Shown here: one piece after another, positions 26,562 through 36,951 of the stretch | Numbering within the stretch: position 1 is the first letter of the stretch | Layout of the letters: every line of letters begins with the position of its first letter | DNA from: Basidioascus undulatus | Lineage: Eukaryota | Assembly: GCA_000826855.1 (NCBI GenBank) | Contig: JTLS01000017.1 | Location: 1-50,063 of the forward strand | DNA length: 50,063 nucleotides | Reading direction: 5' to 3' | The notes under the pieces: generated by a model | What the model was told of the DNA's origin: nothing | Databases searched by the model: none | What the model saw: the letters and a program-made list of their open reading frames with translations, nothing else | Made by a program: the position numbers and the translations under genes

Positions 26562-28202
26562 TCACCGCCGCTTAGGCCTGACCCTCCTCCCGTCGTCCTT
26601 CCTGCGGACCTCCATCTCGCGCCCCACAACCTCTCCCATACCCTCAAACACCTCGTCCAGTTCGCCCTCGCTCTCGTCCTCCCCCTCCTCCGCGGCATCC
26701 GCATCCCGTCCGCGCTTAGCCGTGCCCGCCGCAACCGGCTTCGGCACGACCCCGTCCCACACGATCGCCGTCGGCTGGGACTTGACGAAAACCTTGCAGA
26801 GCGTCTCGCCCTTCGTCGTGGCGTTCTGTCCGGCCTTGACGGGCGCGGACGGAGCGGTGTGCAGTCTGACGAAACGGTCGAGGGAGGCGGAGGCGAGGTA
26901 GGAGGGTGCGGAGGCGGTGCGGGAGGTCGACGCCAAAGACGAGATAGAGCCGGCGAGGCCTGGTTTATCCCATGCATCATCATCAGAGTGGGTTAACCTC
27001 TTTGAGAGAAATTCAAGTATGGACGAACCTTTGTGGTTGCCCAGGACATTCCCGTTCCGCGTGTCGACCGTGAAGAGATTGCTGCGGTCATCGCAAACGA
27101 AGACCTCGTGCTCCCCCGCGCCCTTCTCGACGCGCCGCACCGAGCCCTCGCGCACGATCTTGTCCCACACGCCCACCGGCCGGCGCGCAGCCCGCGTGTC
27201 GTACAGCCGTACTGAACCATTCGCGTTGCCGGTGACGAGCGTCGCCTGCGCGGGCGCCAGCGAGGCGGAGAGGTAGGCGAGAGAGGTGATGTGTATGGGA
27301 ACGCGGAGGGAGAGCGAGTCGTTGGGGAGCTATACAAAGGCCATCGGGGCGTCAGTAAATTTGAAAACTGCAGTCCATCGTGAAACACGAAACGAAGAGG
27401 ACGTACGTTCTTGGCCCGCCAGACTTCACCCCAAAGCAGTTCCTGCGCCTTTGCCTTCCGCAGCTTCTTGGCCTCCTTCCCAGTGAGGCCCTCGTCCCCA
27501 GGCGCGCCGCTTGCGCCCTCTGTGGGTGCGCCCTGGCCCGCCCGCTCGACATCCCACAGGGAGAGGTCGACTTCGTTCCCTCCGTAGGCGAAGGAAGCCT
27601 GATTGGGGGAGAGGCGGAGTTCGGAGAGGCGGGAAGAAAGGGAGAGCAGCGTAGGGGTGGAGATGGAAGATGCGGAGAGGGTGGGTTGGAATCGGAGGAG
27701 GCCGGAGGAAGTGCAGGTGAGGATGCTGCGGGACCGCCCGTGTGAGCGAATTATGGCGCTGGCGATCATTAAGGGAGGCAAGTACTTGTTAGAAAGCTGG
27801 TCCAGACCAACGAAGGCGTCACCCTTTGCAGAAGAGGAGGGCCGGTCCTCCGTGTACTGCAGCACGGTCTCGACAGTAACGCCCTTGCCCCTCTCCAGCT
27901 CCGGATCCTCGTCCGTCACGCTCAGTACCTCCACGCTCATGTTCGCGCGGGCGACTACGAGCTATGTCCAATATTCCAATATCAGATCCCTATTCCCTGA
28001 AGGTTTGAGTAGCCTTAGAACGCACCTGCTTTGTCTCCGAGTTCCATGCCAGGCGCTGCACCTCGCGCTCCTTTGCGAGGGGAGGGTTGCCAGCCAGCAG
28101 CAGCTGCCGGGGCGCGACGTCGTCGGTGGGCGAATTGAGTGGCAGTGCTATGGACTTGAGCAGTCCATTGGCGTCTCCGGTGAAGAATCGAAGGGAAGAC
28201 AT
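26562..28202 (-). CDS. NSA1: Ribosome biogenesis protein Nsa1 / WDR74 (WD40)
   Basis: Motifs MSSLRFFTGDANGLLKSI, FAYGGNEVDLSLWD, WRAKN-LPNDSLSLRVPIHIT, RLYDTRAARRP, GSISSL and LASASLDRFVRLH. Confidence 0.9.
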
Positions 28203-28339
28203 GGCGGTTGAGGAACCGGAGGCAAGCAGGGCAGGAAGAGAGCGAGCAATCTCGTCCAAAAGCGCGGGAAAAGTTGAAGTGCCTTCGCTGTCGAATACCG
28301 CCTTCAACTTCGATCGTCGACGCGCTTTGCTTCGCTGAC

Positions 28340-28652
28340 TGGCTCAAGACGCTCTGTGAAAGCAGTGTGGTCCCGCTACCAAAAAATTGAATTGATTAGC
28401 TGGGGCTCGTAAAATGCGCGAGATGGGACTCGAACCCATACGCCCTCTCGGGCACGGGATAACTTGGGTCTGCAAAACCTTAAGGCCCGCTCGGCTAGCC
28501 ATTTCGACACACGCGCTGTTTTGAGGCAGGCGTCGATAAACAAATAAACTGTTGAATTCCAGTCCGCATCTCGCGGATTTTACGAGCGCCAGCGAATCAG
28601 TTCAATTTTTTGGTAGGGGGACCGCACTGCTTTCATAGAGCGTCTTGAGCCA
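28340..28652. repeat. Imperfect inverted repeat, arms 28340-28434 and 28557-28652 (~95 bp, ~90% identical), overlapping and enclosing the tRNA
   Basis: The reverse complement of the right arm aligns to the left arm with 8 substitutions and 1 indel (TGGCTCAAGACGCTCT...CTACCAAAAAATTGAA...CTCGTAAAAT.CGCGAGATG.GGACT.GAA). Confidence 0.95.
28415..28516 (-). tRNA. tRNA-Leu(UAA) with an 18-nt intron (28478-28461) after position 37; atypical structure
   Basis: The minus strand folds as GCGCGTG-TG-TCG AAATGGCTAGC CGA-G-CGGGC CT TAA G[intron]A TCCCG-T GCCC GAGA GGGC GT-ATGGG TTCGAGT CCCAT-CTCGCGC-A. It has a long variable arm, discriminator A and downstream T4 and T6 terminators. Confidence 0.85.
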
Positions 28653-30414
28653 ACGTGAGCCCGGGTTGAATAGAAACCTGCTCGATGTACGCGATGAGAG
28701 TGAAGTTTGAGTGAAAGATAGCTGGATCCTGGATCTCTCGAACATCGAAAAAACTTGCTTTCTCCTAATTACACCATTTCTGGGACGTTTCAATAATCAC
28801 TTAACGCTTGGTGAGGTGGTTGTGGATGTGCGGCTGGCACGGTCCAACGCAGGCGCAGCCTGTCGCTCGCCCTCAGAGGCGGGCAATGTCAGATTGCAGC
28901 ACGTATTTTTGTATTCCTTCTAGATGATGCTGCTATCTATTTACTTGAAAGAGTCTTTCTTCAAAGTGTTAAAACCCTTTTCTTTTTCACCTCGTGCACA
29001 GTAGGTGTCTATCCTGTCTAATGCTGTGGAGCGTGGTGTCTTTGCTGAGTTGACGCCGGTACGAACAGAAAAAAGGCTTTGATAAATACTGACAATCACT
29101 GCTGGACAGACAGAACGCTATCTTTTGATTTGAAACTTTGTACGCAGTCCCTCTTTCAACAGCGGTTTCGAGTCCCACAGACAAGCTTCTTTCCTTGACT
29201 TGTTCCTGAAGTGGGTGAGCTGGGCCTGCACACATGTTTCAGAAAGGTGTAGGGTTTCGTCCCGCGGTGAGATCTTTCTCATACGTGGAATCGGTAGGCC
29301 TGCTCCAACCGCCTGCAGCTTTTCTCGAAACCACGCAGGAAAGCCTACATATACAGGTCTTCCGAGCAGGTTGACGTGGTAACATGACAGTATGGCGAGA
29401 GTTGCATCTGCTGCCCAATTTTCTTCTGCAAGAGCTTTGGTGTCACTTCCCCTTTCAGCATTGCAAGACCTCTCAGCACTGAGCAAGGGTGTCTGGATCA
29501 TGCGACAACCTTCCCTGTTCACAGCGCAATCTCAGCTCCTCAGCTCCACCTTGTGCTCCCTTAGCAAGACATTTAAGTATCCTGTGTCAGAGACTATTGC
29601 TTAGCTCATCTCTCTATGCAGCCTACCGTTTTGCCTGTCTGATGCTGTTCGCATTCAATTGGACACGCTTGGGACCCGCCGCTCCTTGGTGACGGGACAG
29701 ACCTGGTTACCGACGTCCTAATACTGCCGTGGACAGAAAAAGCCACGTTTATAAGTAAGGCGCCTTTGTTACTGCATCCCGTTTCGTCAGTGACCGGACT
29801 CTCCGCCGCGGATCTGATCGCAGCCATCAATCTGCCGATCCAGAAGGATGCCAACACCTCGATGGTGAGCTGCCTTGCCGTGTTGAATGAAAAAAATCAG
29901 ATGTAAGAGGTAATTTATCTAGGTGCTTCTCAATCTTTAACGGAGCGACCTGTCCGAGAGCGACTACGCACTCCCAGCACCATTACATTGCGCCTCTGCC
30001 TTACTTCCTGTTAAAGCCACTTGAGCCTTCCGCCCTAACCCGATAAACATTTTTATTTCTTGAATACTATCATCCCGGTATTAACTTCTCCTTCTCCTCG
30101 CATTTATAGTGGTTGTACGCTCGTTGAGCTTAATGCGTGTTTCTCTCACTGCAAGTGCTAAGCAGATGAAGATGAGCTGATGCCCGTGACGGCTTCCGGG
30201 AGCGTACGAGACCCAATTTCGCCCAGCGGAACGTTTCATGCGTGCCGCTTAGACTAAAGAATCAAAGAATTCAATGGCCATTAGCCAGCGAGGGGCCACG
30301 TCCAGTCGCGCCACATAGGGACGATCTTCTCGGTCCGTCGATTAGGCACTGGATACCTCAACCTTTCAGCGATCTTCTCGATCTTCTGCCTTGCTCCCTC
30401 TCTTGTTCACCGCC

Positions 30415-32357
30415 ATGGGAGACAATTTACACCCCGAGATCGGCCTTCTGGCTGCTTCGCTCATCCGGACCCGGTGCTGGCCGCTGTGCACTTTACGCAG
30501 TACCCCGATGCGGCAGTCAGACATCTCCGGGCACTCGCGCCCGAGGCGGACCACACCGCGCTGCGGAGAGGTGTGGATACAGCGTTACACATGTCCAAGA
30601 CACTCGTATGTCGCTTCATGTGCCTGATAACTCCTTCATGCGTCAGATTCTCATCGGTAGGATTTTGACACGCGACTGTAGCCAGCCCACCAGCGCGCCG
30701 ACTTTCAGAGTCGCCTCGAGGACGCTGAGATGCTACCGGCGCTCATAGAGCGCGTTCTTGTCTCGCGATATCGGAGACCGCAAGTTGCTTCCTCTGGCAA
30801 CAGCAAGGTAGGGGCAGTGCGCATGCTTCATTGCACTTTGGTTGACGGTCCACCGTTCCCACCATGGTTGCTGCCGCTGATGGCCCTACTGTCCTTCACA
30901 AACACCGAGTTTGGATAGAAGCCCTCGGCTAACTAAGCGGACGTATTCACATACATGTCCGGATCTCGTCAATAGGGCGAGCTGCTCGCGAGTCTGCAGG
31001 GCCATCTGATGGCGGGACTCCGCGGGAGCGAAGCTTTGGGAGGAGAGGGCTGAGCTCGAGGTGTTAGGCCGGTCTGGAGAGGGTATACGCTTCTTCCCAA
31101 GCACAGTGTTCATCCAGGCGATAATAGCATTCGACGCCTCTACAACGTACGTTGACTTCACAGTTCATTTCCTCTTTCTCCGTCTACCTCGGTACTAAGT
31201 GGCGCATAGTTTCTCGAAAGTCGAAGCCGCCATCCCGCTCGCGACGACCATCTGGCTACACACCTCTGCTTCAGGCTCGAACCTCCGCGATTCGATCCAG
31301 GCGCTCCACCGCCTCCACGAAGACGGGGGGCCTTTCGCTCAGCGGGGAGCAGCCGTGCAGAGCGTGCTGTCGGTCGCACCGTTGCAACGCGTGCTCGAGC
31401 ATGTGGCGCGGTGCCTCAAGTTCCAGCACCCAGAGAGCCGGGTTGATCTACTGGCGCTTCTCATCGCTCTCAGTGATCCGCTTCGAAGCGATGAGCATCA
31501 CCGCGCTTTCCTCCAGGCCGCGCTAGATCACCCGTCGCTATTCAAAGCCGTGATCGGGACGGTCATCGACGAGCTCGAGACGACAAGTGACATGCCCCCA
31601 CTTTTTGTTCTTGCTGTGGTGCCACAGTTGCTTTACTGTCTATTGATGTAGCGAAATATCCAAGGTATGTCTTCCCTCGGGCGGTTTGCCTTTGGGTGAG
31701 ATGGTTTCGTACTGCTAACAACGTCGCGTTTGAACGTCAGGCCAGTGCTTTGCAGTCGGATCGATGCCGGATCGTGGTGGGTGCTGAGCGGCTTAGGCAT
31801 CTGGATGTCGATTATACCACCTGAGCTCCGAGGTAATGTACTGTCACAAACCTTCAGCTCGGAAGCCTAGCTGTCTTTCCCACTTCGTGCGCTCAAACTT
31901 GCATGCTTCTGCAGTCGTCTGCCAGCCCCTCCTCTTCCGAATCAACGACTATCTGCTGCGCCATATCATTCTGCGGGACCACTCTGGGCCTCATGTTGTC
32001 GTCACCGAACCCTCAACCTCTCGCACGCTCAACCCACTGATGGTCCGTGCCGTAGATGCGCTCAACATCGTTCTCGGACTCGACGATCGCATCCCACTCG
32101 TGTGGAACTATATACTCACCTTCGTCCTCGACGGGCGAGAGTGCGGACTCCCCGGGTGCGATGAGCAAGCTGGGAAGCGGTGCGGGAAGTACAATGGTGG
32201 CCGGTATTGCTATGAGGAACATCAGCGGGCGTACGTCTCTTCTACCTTTCTCAGAAGAATGCACTGCTCATCAGTCGCCTGGACGCACAGACACTGGTCA
32301 TGCCACAAGCGGTTCTGCCGCAGGGCGGCGCACCTGAAACCTACTGTTACTCAATGA
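30415..32357 (+). pseudogene. MYND zinc-finger protein, disrupted
   Basis: The C-terminus ECGLPGC..KRCGKYNGGRYCYEEHQRA-HWSCHKRFC is a MYND finger with one Cys replaced by Tyr. There is an apparent frameshift near 30462, an in-frame TAA at 30930, a stop or frameshift near 31196, and a TAG at 31649 just before a GTATGT donor. Confidence 0.65.
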
Positions 32358-33489
32358 CTGGTGGATGCTTGGCTACTGGCATTTGCTTCTGACTGTTCGG
32401 CCTAACGCTGCGGTGCAGTGGTTCACCGGACTGATTTGCGCCTGGACTGGGATACGAGTCAGAAGACGCGGTGGTGTCAAGTTCGCACACCAATAACCAA
32501 TCAATTCATTTGGATGGACTTGTGGTCGGGAAGGGAATACTTACTGAGGCTTGCGACTGTTGCCACCACCACTGCTCAAATCATTTCCGCTGTCATTTCG
32601 GCATATGCGTGCTTGCCTTCTCTGCAGCTGCTCTGGCCTTACACATCATGTCAACGACATCCTCTCACATACACCTCACTACACTTCTGAGTTTGGTACG
32701 TGCCAGTCGTGAGTCTACCGGTATATGCCGCTACACGCCGTCAGGCAGCCAATGTTGACGACATCTGCTCTATACCGCCAAGTGCCGCCGCAATGGCGAG
32801 ATGCCCTTTATTGACCCAAAAATAGGGGAAGTAGGAAATCGGTTGTAGAACGTTCAGCCGTCGTGGTCTACTGAAGACGGACATCGCTGAGATAGCAGCT
32901 TGGCTGAACTGCTACTCACAAGGAGCCCGACTGACTCTGTGAAGGCACGAGGCGCCGATAGAAGGATGAGTCTCTGATATTGCTTGGCTTCGAACCCGAG
33001 CCAGTTCTCCTTCGGGCCGATGTACATTGAGTATACGGTTTTGCGAAGACGAAAGCACTCGGCTTGTCTTGTGGTGTCAGGGTACAGCGCATAGCATTCT
33101 ACGCGAACTCTTTCCTTGTGGTTTTGCGACCGTTAATCGCTTGATCGCGGGGTCGGAAAGTCCCGTACAGATCTTGGTACTAGTTCGTCTCGATCGAGGT
33201 TGAGGCACGCAATTGCGAACCACCGGTTTTCAACACGAAGACCCCATTGGCGACATTCTTTCCCCTTGAGGCACAACTACCACGCGCATGATGTATGAAC
33301 AGCCACTCTCTGCTGGAATACTTTTTCGGATACACTTGCTTAGTCGAGTGAGGCCGCTGCACAGCCCCACAGTCAAAGCACGCTTCGAGGGTCTGTCCAC
33401 AAGTATCGGACCCAGACAAACAAACGTCACAACAGCATTTCATTACACAAGAAGCTGCCAGATCCCCCAGCTCCTTCAACCCCAATTGC

Positions 33490-34649
33490 TCATGACAACT
33501 TCTTCTCCAGCGGCAGTCGGGCGTACAGCAGCGCGCGCTTCTTGGCCATGCGAGCGGCAGCGGCCGGGGACTGGACGGCGAAGCAAGACATGTTGGAATG
33601 AGGAGAGTCAGTTAAGACGCCCCAGCGCTGCGAAGGCGCGAAGAAGGTCCTTACCCGAAGGGTCCGGCTATTGCGCCGTTCTGGACTTTCATGAGGCACG
33701 CGTCGCCGTTGGGGCCGCCCGTGCACTCGATGCCGGGCGCGAGCTGGACGACCATCGGCTGGTCTGTGGAGTGGAAGCGGAATGAGTCGAGGGTGCATAG
33801 GTATGAGAGTAGGAGAGGGGTATGAAGTACGCACCCGAAGCGTTCTCGCCGCCGATGAGGGAGAAGCGCCCGGGAGGCTAGGGACGCCCAAGGACAAACA
33901 GTCAGCGTGCGATAGACGACGTCAGGGAAGTATCTAGGATCTGAAACGCACGCTGAGTTCAACATCGGCAGGCTCGAAGTTGTTGCCAGTGCCGGTGGTG
34001 TCGACGAAAGCCTTGTAAGGGCCTGTCAAGACAAGGGCGAGTCAGAACGCAGCCTGCGTCCAACTGAAATGGAAAGGACCAACCAGCGCCGTCCGCATTG
34101 ATCTGGTGCACAGATGCGAAATGAGCGAGAGCATCGGTATCTGCCTTCTCCAAACGACGGAGGGGACGAGGATCGAAAGACTCACTCAGCGAGACCTTGC
34201 CCGTGCTGTCCGGCGTCGGCAGCTCGCCCCCGCCGGCGTCCAGCATCGACGGGAACTCCTGGTCGATGTTGACCGGGCCGCCCAGCACGGTCTTCCCGCA
34301 GCCCGTGTCCTGGCGCAGGACGGAGGTGTCCGCCTGCGATGCCCTACCCGTTTCCGTGCGGCTGATGGAGGCGTCGTTTGCGAGGCTGATGACTTCGACG
34401 CCATTCTGTGACAAGGGGTTCGTTGGGTTGCAGGATAAGCGTCAAAGTGAAGAGGGAGAGTGAGGGAAAGAAAGACGCACGTCACCGTTGACCTGAGTGG
34501 GAAAAAAACGGAATAGAGGACTGTGTCAGTGGACGGTTGCGCTCTGCGTGGACGAGCGCCGCGAGACGCACCGCGGTAACGAGACCGTGCACGGCAGCGG
34601 AACCAGCGGGGACAGCGACCAATGCGAGCTTGGCGGAGTGAGCGAGCAT
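33490..34649 (-). CDS. Secreted Egh16/GAS1-like (DUF3129) protein; two acceptors are CAT rather than CAG, so possibly decaying
   Basis: Signal-peptide-like start followed by HGLVTAVNGDNG, GCGKT, VHQINADGAGPY, CTGGPNGDACLMKVQN and AGPFG-SCFAVQ. These are hallmark Egh16-family motifs. Confidence 0.8.
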
Positions 34650-35219
34650 CGTGACGGCTACGATAAAGAGATAAGTGTGGAAGTAATGTGGGTTGCCTGG
34701 CGACGTGCAAGAGGGACTATGACGGCGGGGTGTCGGACCAGCGACGAAGGCAAGCAGATGCGATGTGGGGCGCGAAAGAGAAGCGAGCGGTGTGAGGAAG
34801 AAGAGGGGGAGCGACTCGAGGAGGCTTAAAGGCGGACGAGGCGGTGTGGGATCTGGGGGAAGTCGGGCGTCGCTAGGCCAACAGGAGCGACGTTGGAGGG
34901 TCGGTAGCTTTGGTTCCTCCTTCACAGCCTCGTTGGCGTCATATTCGCCAAATGAATTGGAGGCCCGTTAAAAAAAGGAGCGAGTTCGCGGTCCCGATAC
35001 TTCAAACGACAGCGGCGGGGCGTTTCGATGTTGAATGGCACGAGCCGGACGCGGGATGACCAGGCGAAAGATGGGCCGTTCGGGAGAAAATGAAGTTCAT
35101 CAGGAACGGATGATCGGAGGTCAGTGAGCGTGCATGAGTGAGTACGTGTACGGCATCAGCGAGCTCGAGTCCAACAATGTCAGAGACGCAAAGCGTTGAG
35201 CCTGCCCCGAATCCATCGC

Positions 35220-35641
35220 TCATATCGGCTGGGAGACGCGCTCCACCCTTCCGCAACCTTCGACCCCCCTCACGCAGACATAGGTCCCTTCCCCGCCGGG
35301 GATGTAGCATTTGCGGTCTTCGCGGTAGGGGCACGGGCACTCCTCGGGTCGGTTGACGCAGGCGAGCGTCTCGGGGCAGAGGTACGCCGGGCAGGGGACT
35401 GATGCCGCACAAGACTCAGCTATCTGGTTGGGATTTGACGATGGTGGAAGGACAAAAATGGCCTACTGTTGTCGGCCTCAGCGGACCAGCGCGTACGCGC
35501 CGATTCAGCATTCAACGGCTGCTGTTGCTGCGGCTGCTGGCCGTGTGCGTTCGGGTGCCCGAAGAAGCCCTCGAACGGGTTGAAAGCGAGCGCGGACAGC
35601 GTACATAGCGCGAGTGCGCAGAGTGAAGTGAGTAGGCGCAT
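35220..35641 (-). CDS. LCL2: Long chronological lifespan protein 2 (Lcl2)-like small secretory/ER protein, 1 intron
   Basis: Signal peptide, FNPFEGFFG plus a Q-rich stretch, and CPAYLCPETLACVNRPEECPCP...KC...YVCV...GC. Stop at 35220-35222. Confidence 0.85.
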
Positions 35642-35866
35642 TCTGGTAAAAGAGATGGTTGCGGTTCGAAGCAAGAAGACGAGCACACGCGTTGACGGTC
35701 GCTCCTCGGGCTATCCGCGATGACGTCGGCGCCATTCTCCACAGTTCCGTGCAGACAGCCCCCTCTGGAAGTCTTTCGAATCAGGTGTTCCTTGCTTCAA
35801 GTTCGATAATTGTACATCATTTAACCTCAACAAATGCAAATGCGAAAGTGTCCCGCGCCCCCACGC

Positions 35867-36624
35867 TCAGCGGCCCCCGCCGTGGCCAGCACCGGTCCCC
35901 GAAGTGCCATGTGCGCTCCCGCGGACGTCGATGATCGGCCCACCCTGCGCCAGGTTCTTGTTGCTCCGGCTGCACAAGGGAAGTCGCTCGGATCAGCATC
36001 CACCGTATAATGGGCGGGGAAGGACACGAGGCGCCGACGTACGTGTAGCGGTCGAGGTCCGTCGACTGAACGTCACCCATCTCAAGAATCGCCTTGACGA
36101 CCTCATCGTCATTGTGAGTACCCTGCAGGTGGTTCAATGTCAGTACCTTCCTTCAGCTACAAGGCCAGAACACCGAGCACAACGCACGAAAACAGAGTCC
36201 AGCTGCTGCTTGCTCGCACGGCCGAGGTAGCCTTGGGAGCCTTGCTCAGAGTGGAAGATGTCGAAGGCTGTACGACCCACCCCCGCTCAGCAACCTGATC
36301 CGACAACACCCTGAATATTCCACCAAACGAGATTGGTATCTCACAGTCGACGACCTCGACCAGGGGGATGGTCCTGTGGAACAACGGCACAGAAGTCAGC
36401 CTCGAACGGACCGCGAGCAGTAAGGTGTGCAACAGAAGACGCACTTGTCACCAGCCTTCCACTTCTGCAGCTCCTCCGGGTAGACGATGACCGAGAAGGT
36501 CTCCGTGGACTGCGAGTCGGGCTTGTAGACGACGTGGGTAACAGGCTTGCCCTGTGGGAGTGCGAGCGGCGCGGGGTGAGTCCGATGAGCACACCTCGGG
36601 GGGGTTACGCGCAAGACTGACCAT
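35867..36624 (-). CDS. RTC3: Rtc3/YHR087W-like SBDS N-terminal-domain protein, 5 introns (first coding exon is the ATG only)
   Basis: Motifs VVYKPDSQSTETFSVIV, KWKAGDKTIPLVEVVDSFDIFHS, GSQGYLGRASKQQLDSVFGT and VVKAILEMG. Confidence 0.82.
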
Positions 36625-36737
36625 GGTTGTTGTTATTTACTGAGACAGCAGAGAGGGTTGACGCGTAGTGTGTGTGTGTCGCTGTGAGATGGTCGTGGTT
36701 CTGGGAAGAAGAGCAAGTCGTGCGCCAGCGAAGAGGG

Positions 36738-36853
36738 TTATAAGGTCCAGCACCCCTCGCGGAGCGGGCGAGAGTTGACGTCATCTTGCACCGCCCGGCG
36801 ACTTGCGTCTTGACTTCTCATCAGCCCCTCTTGCCCCACACTTGACAACGTCA
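36738..36853 (-). promoter_or_regulatory. Putative stress-responsive promoter of the RTC3-like gene: TATAA, CRE and two STREs
   Basis: TTATAA at 36738-36743, CCCCT at 36753-36757 and 36825-36829, and a perfect TGACGTCA at 36776-36783. All lie within about 210 bp of the ATG. Confidence 0.5.
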
Positions 36854-36951
36854 CCTCAAGTTTTTCTGGAATATTCTTTTGAAGCGTTGTAATGTCGGTG
36901 GTTCACCCACACACACCCAGAACTGCGCGAAACGAGCAGTTCAAATGCGGA

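Noticed and set aside
28475..28490. Reading the tRNA anticodon as UUA (ochre suppressor) or as tRNA-Sec
   Set aside because: A UUA reading needs C33 and a misplaced intron. CT-TAA-G fits U33, purine 37 and the 37/38 intron. There is no TCA anticodon or Sec-type stems.
35719..35730. UPRE/CRE-like GATGACGT upstream of LCL2
   Set aside because: Imperfect single site. Plausible but not distinguishable from background.
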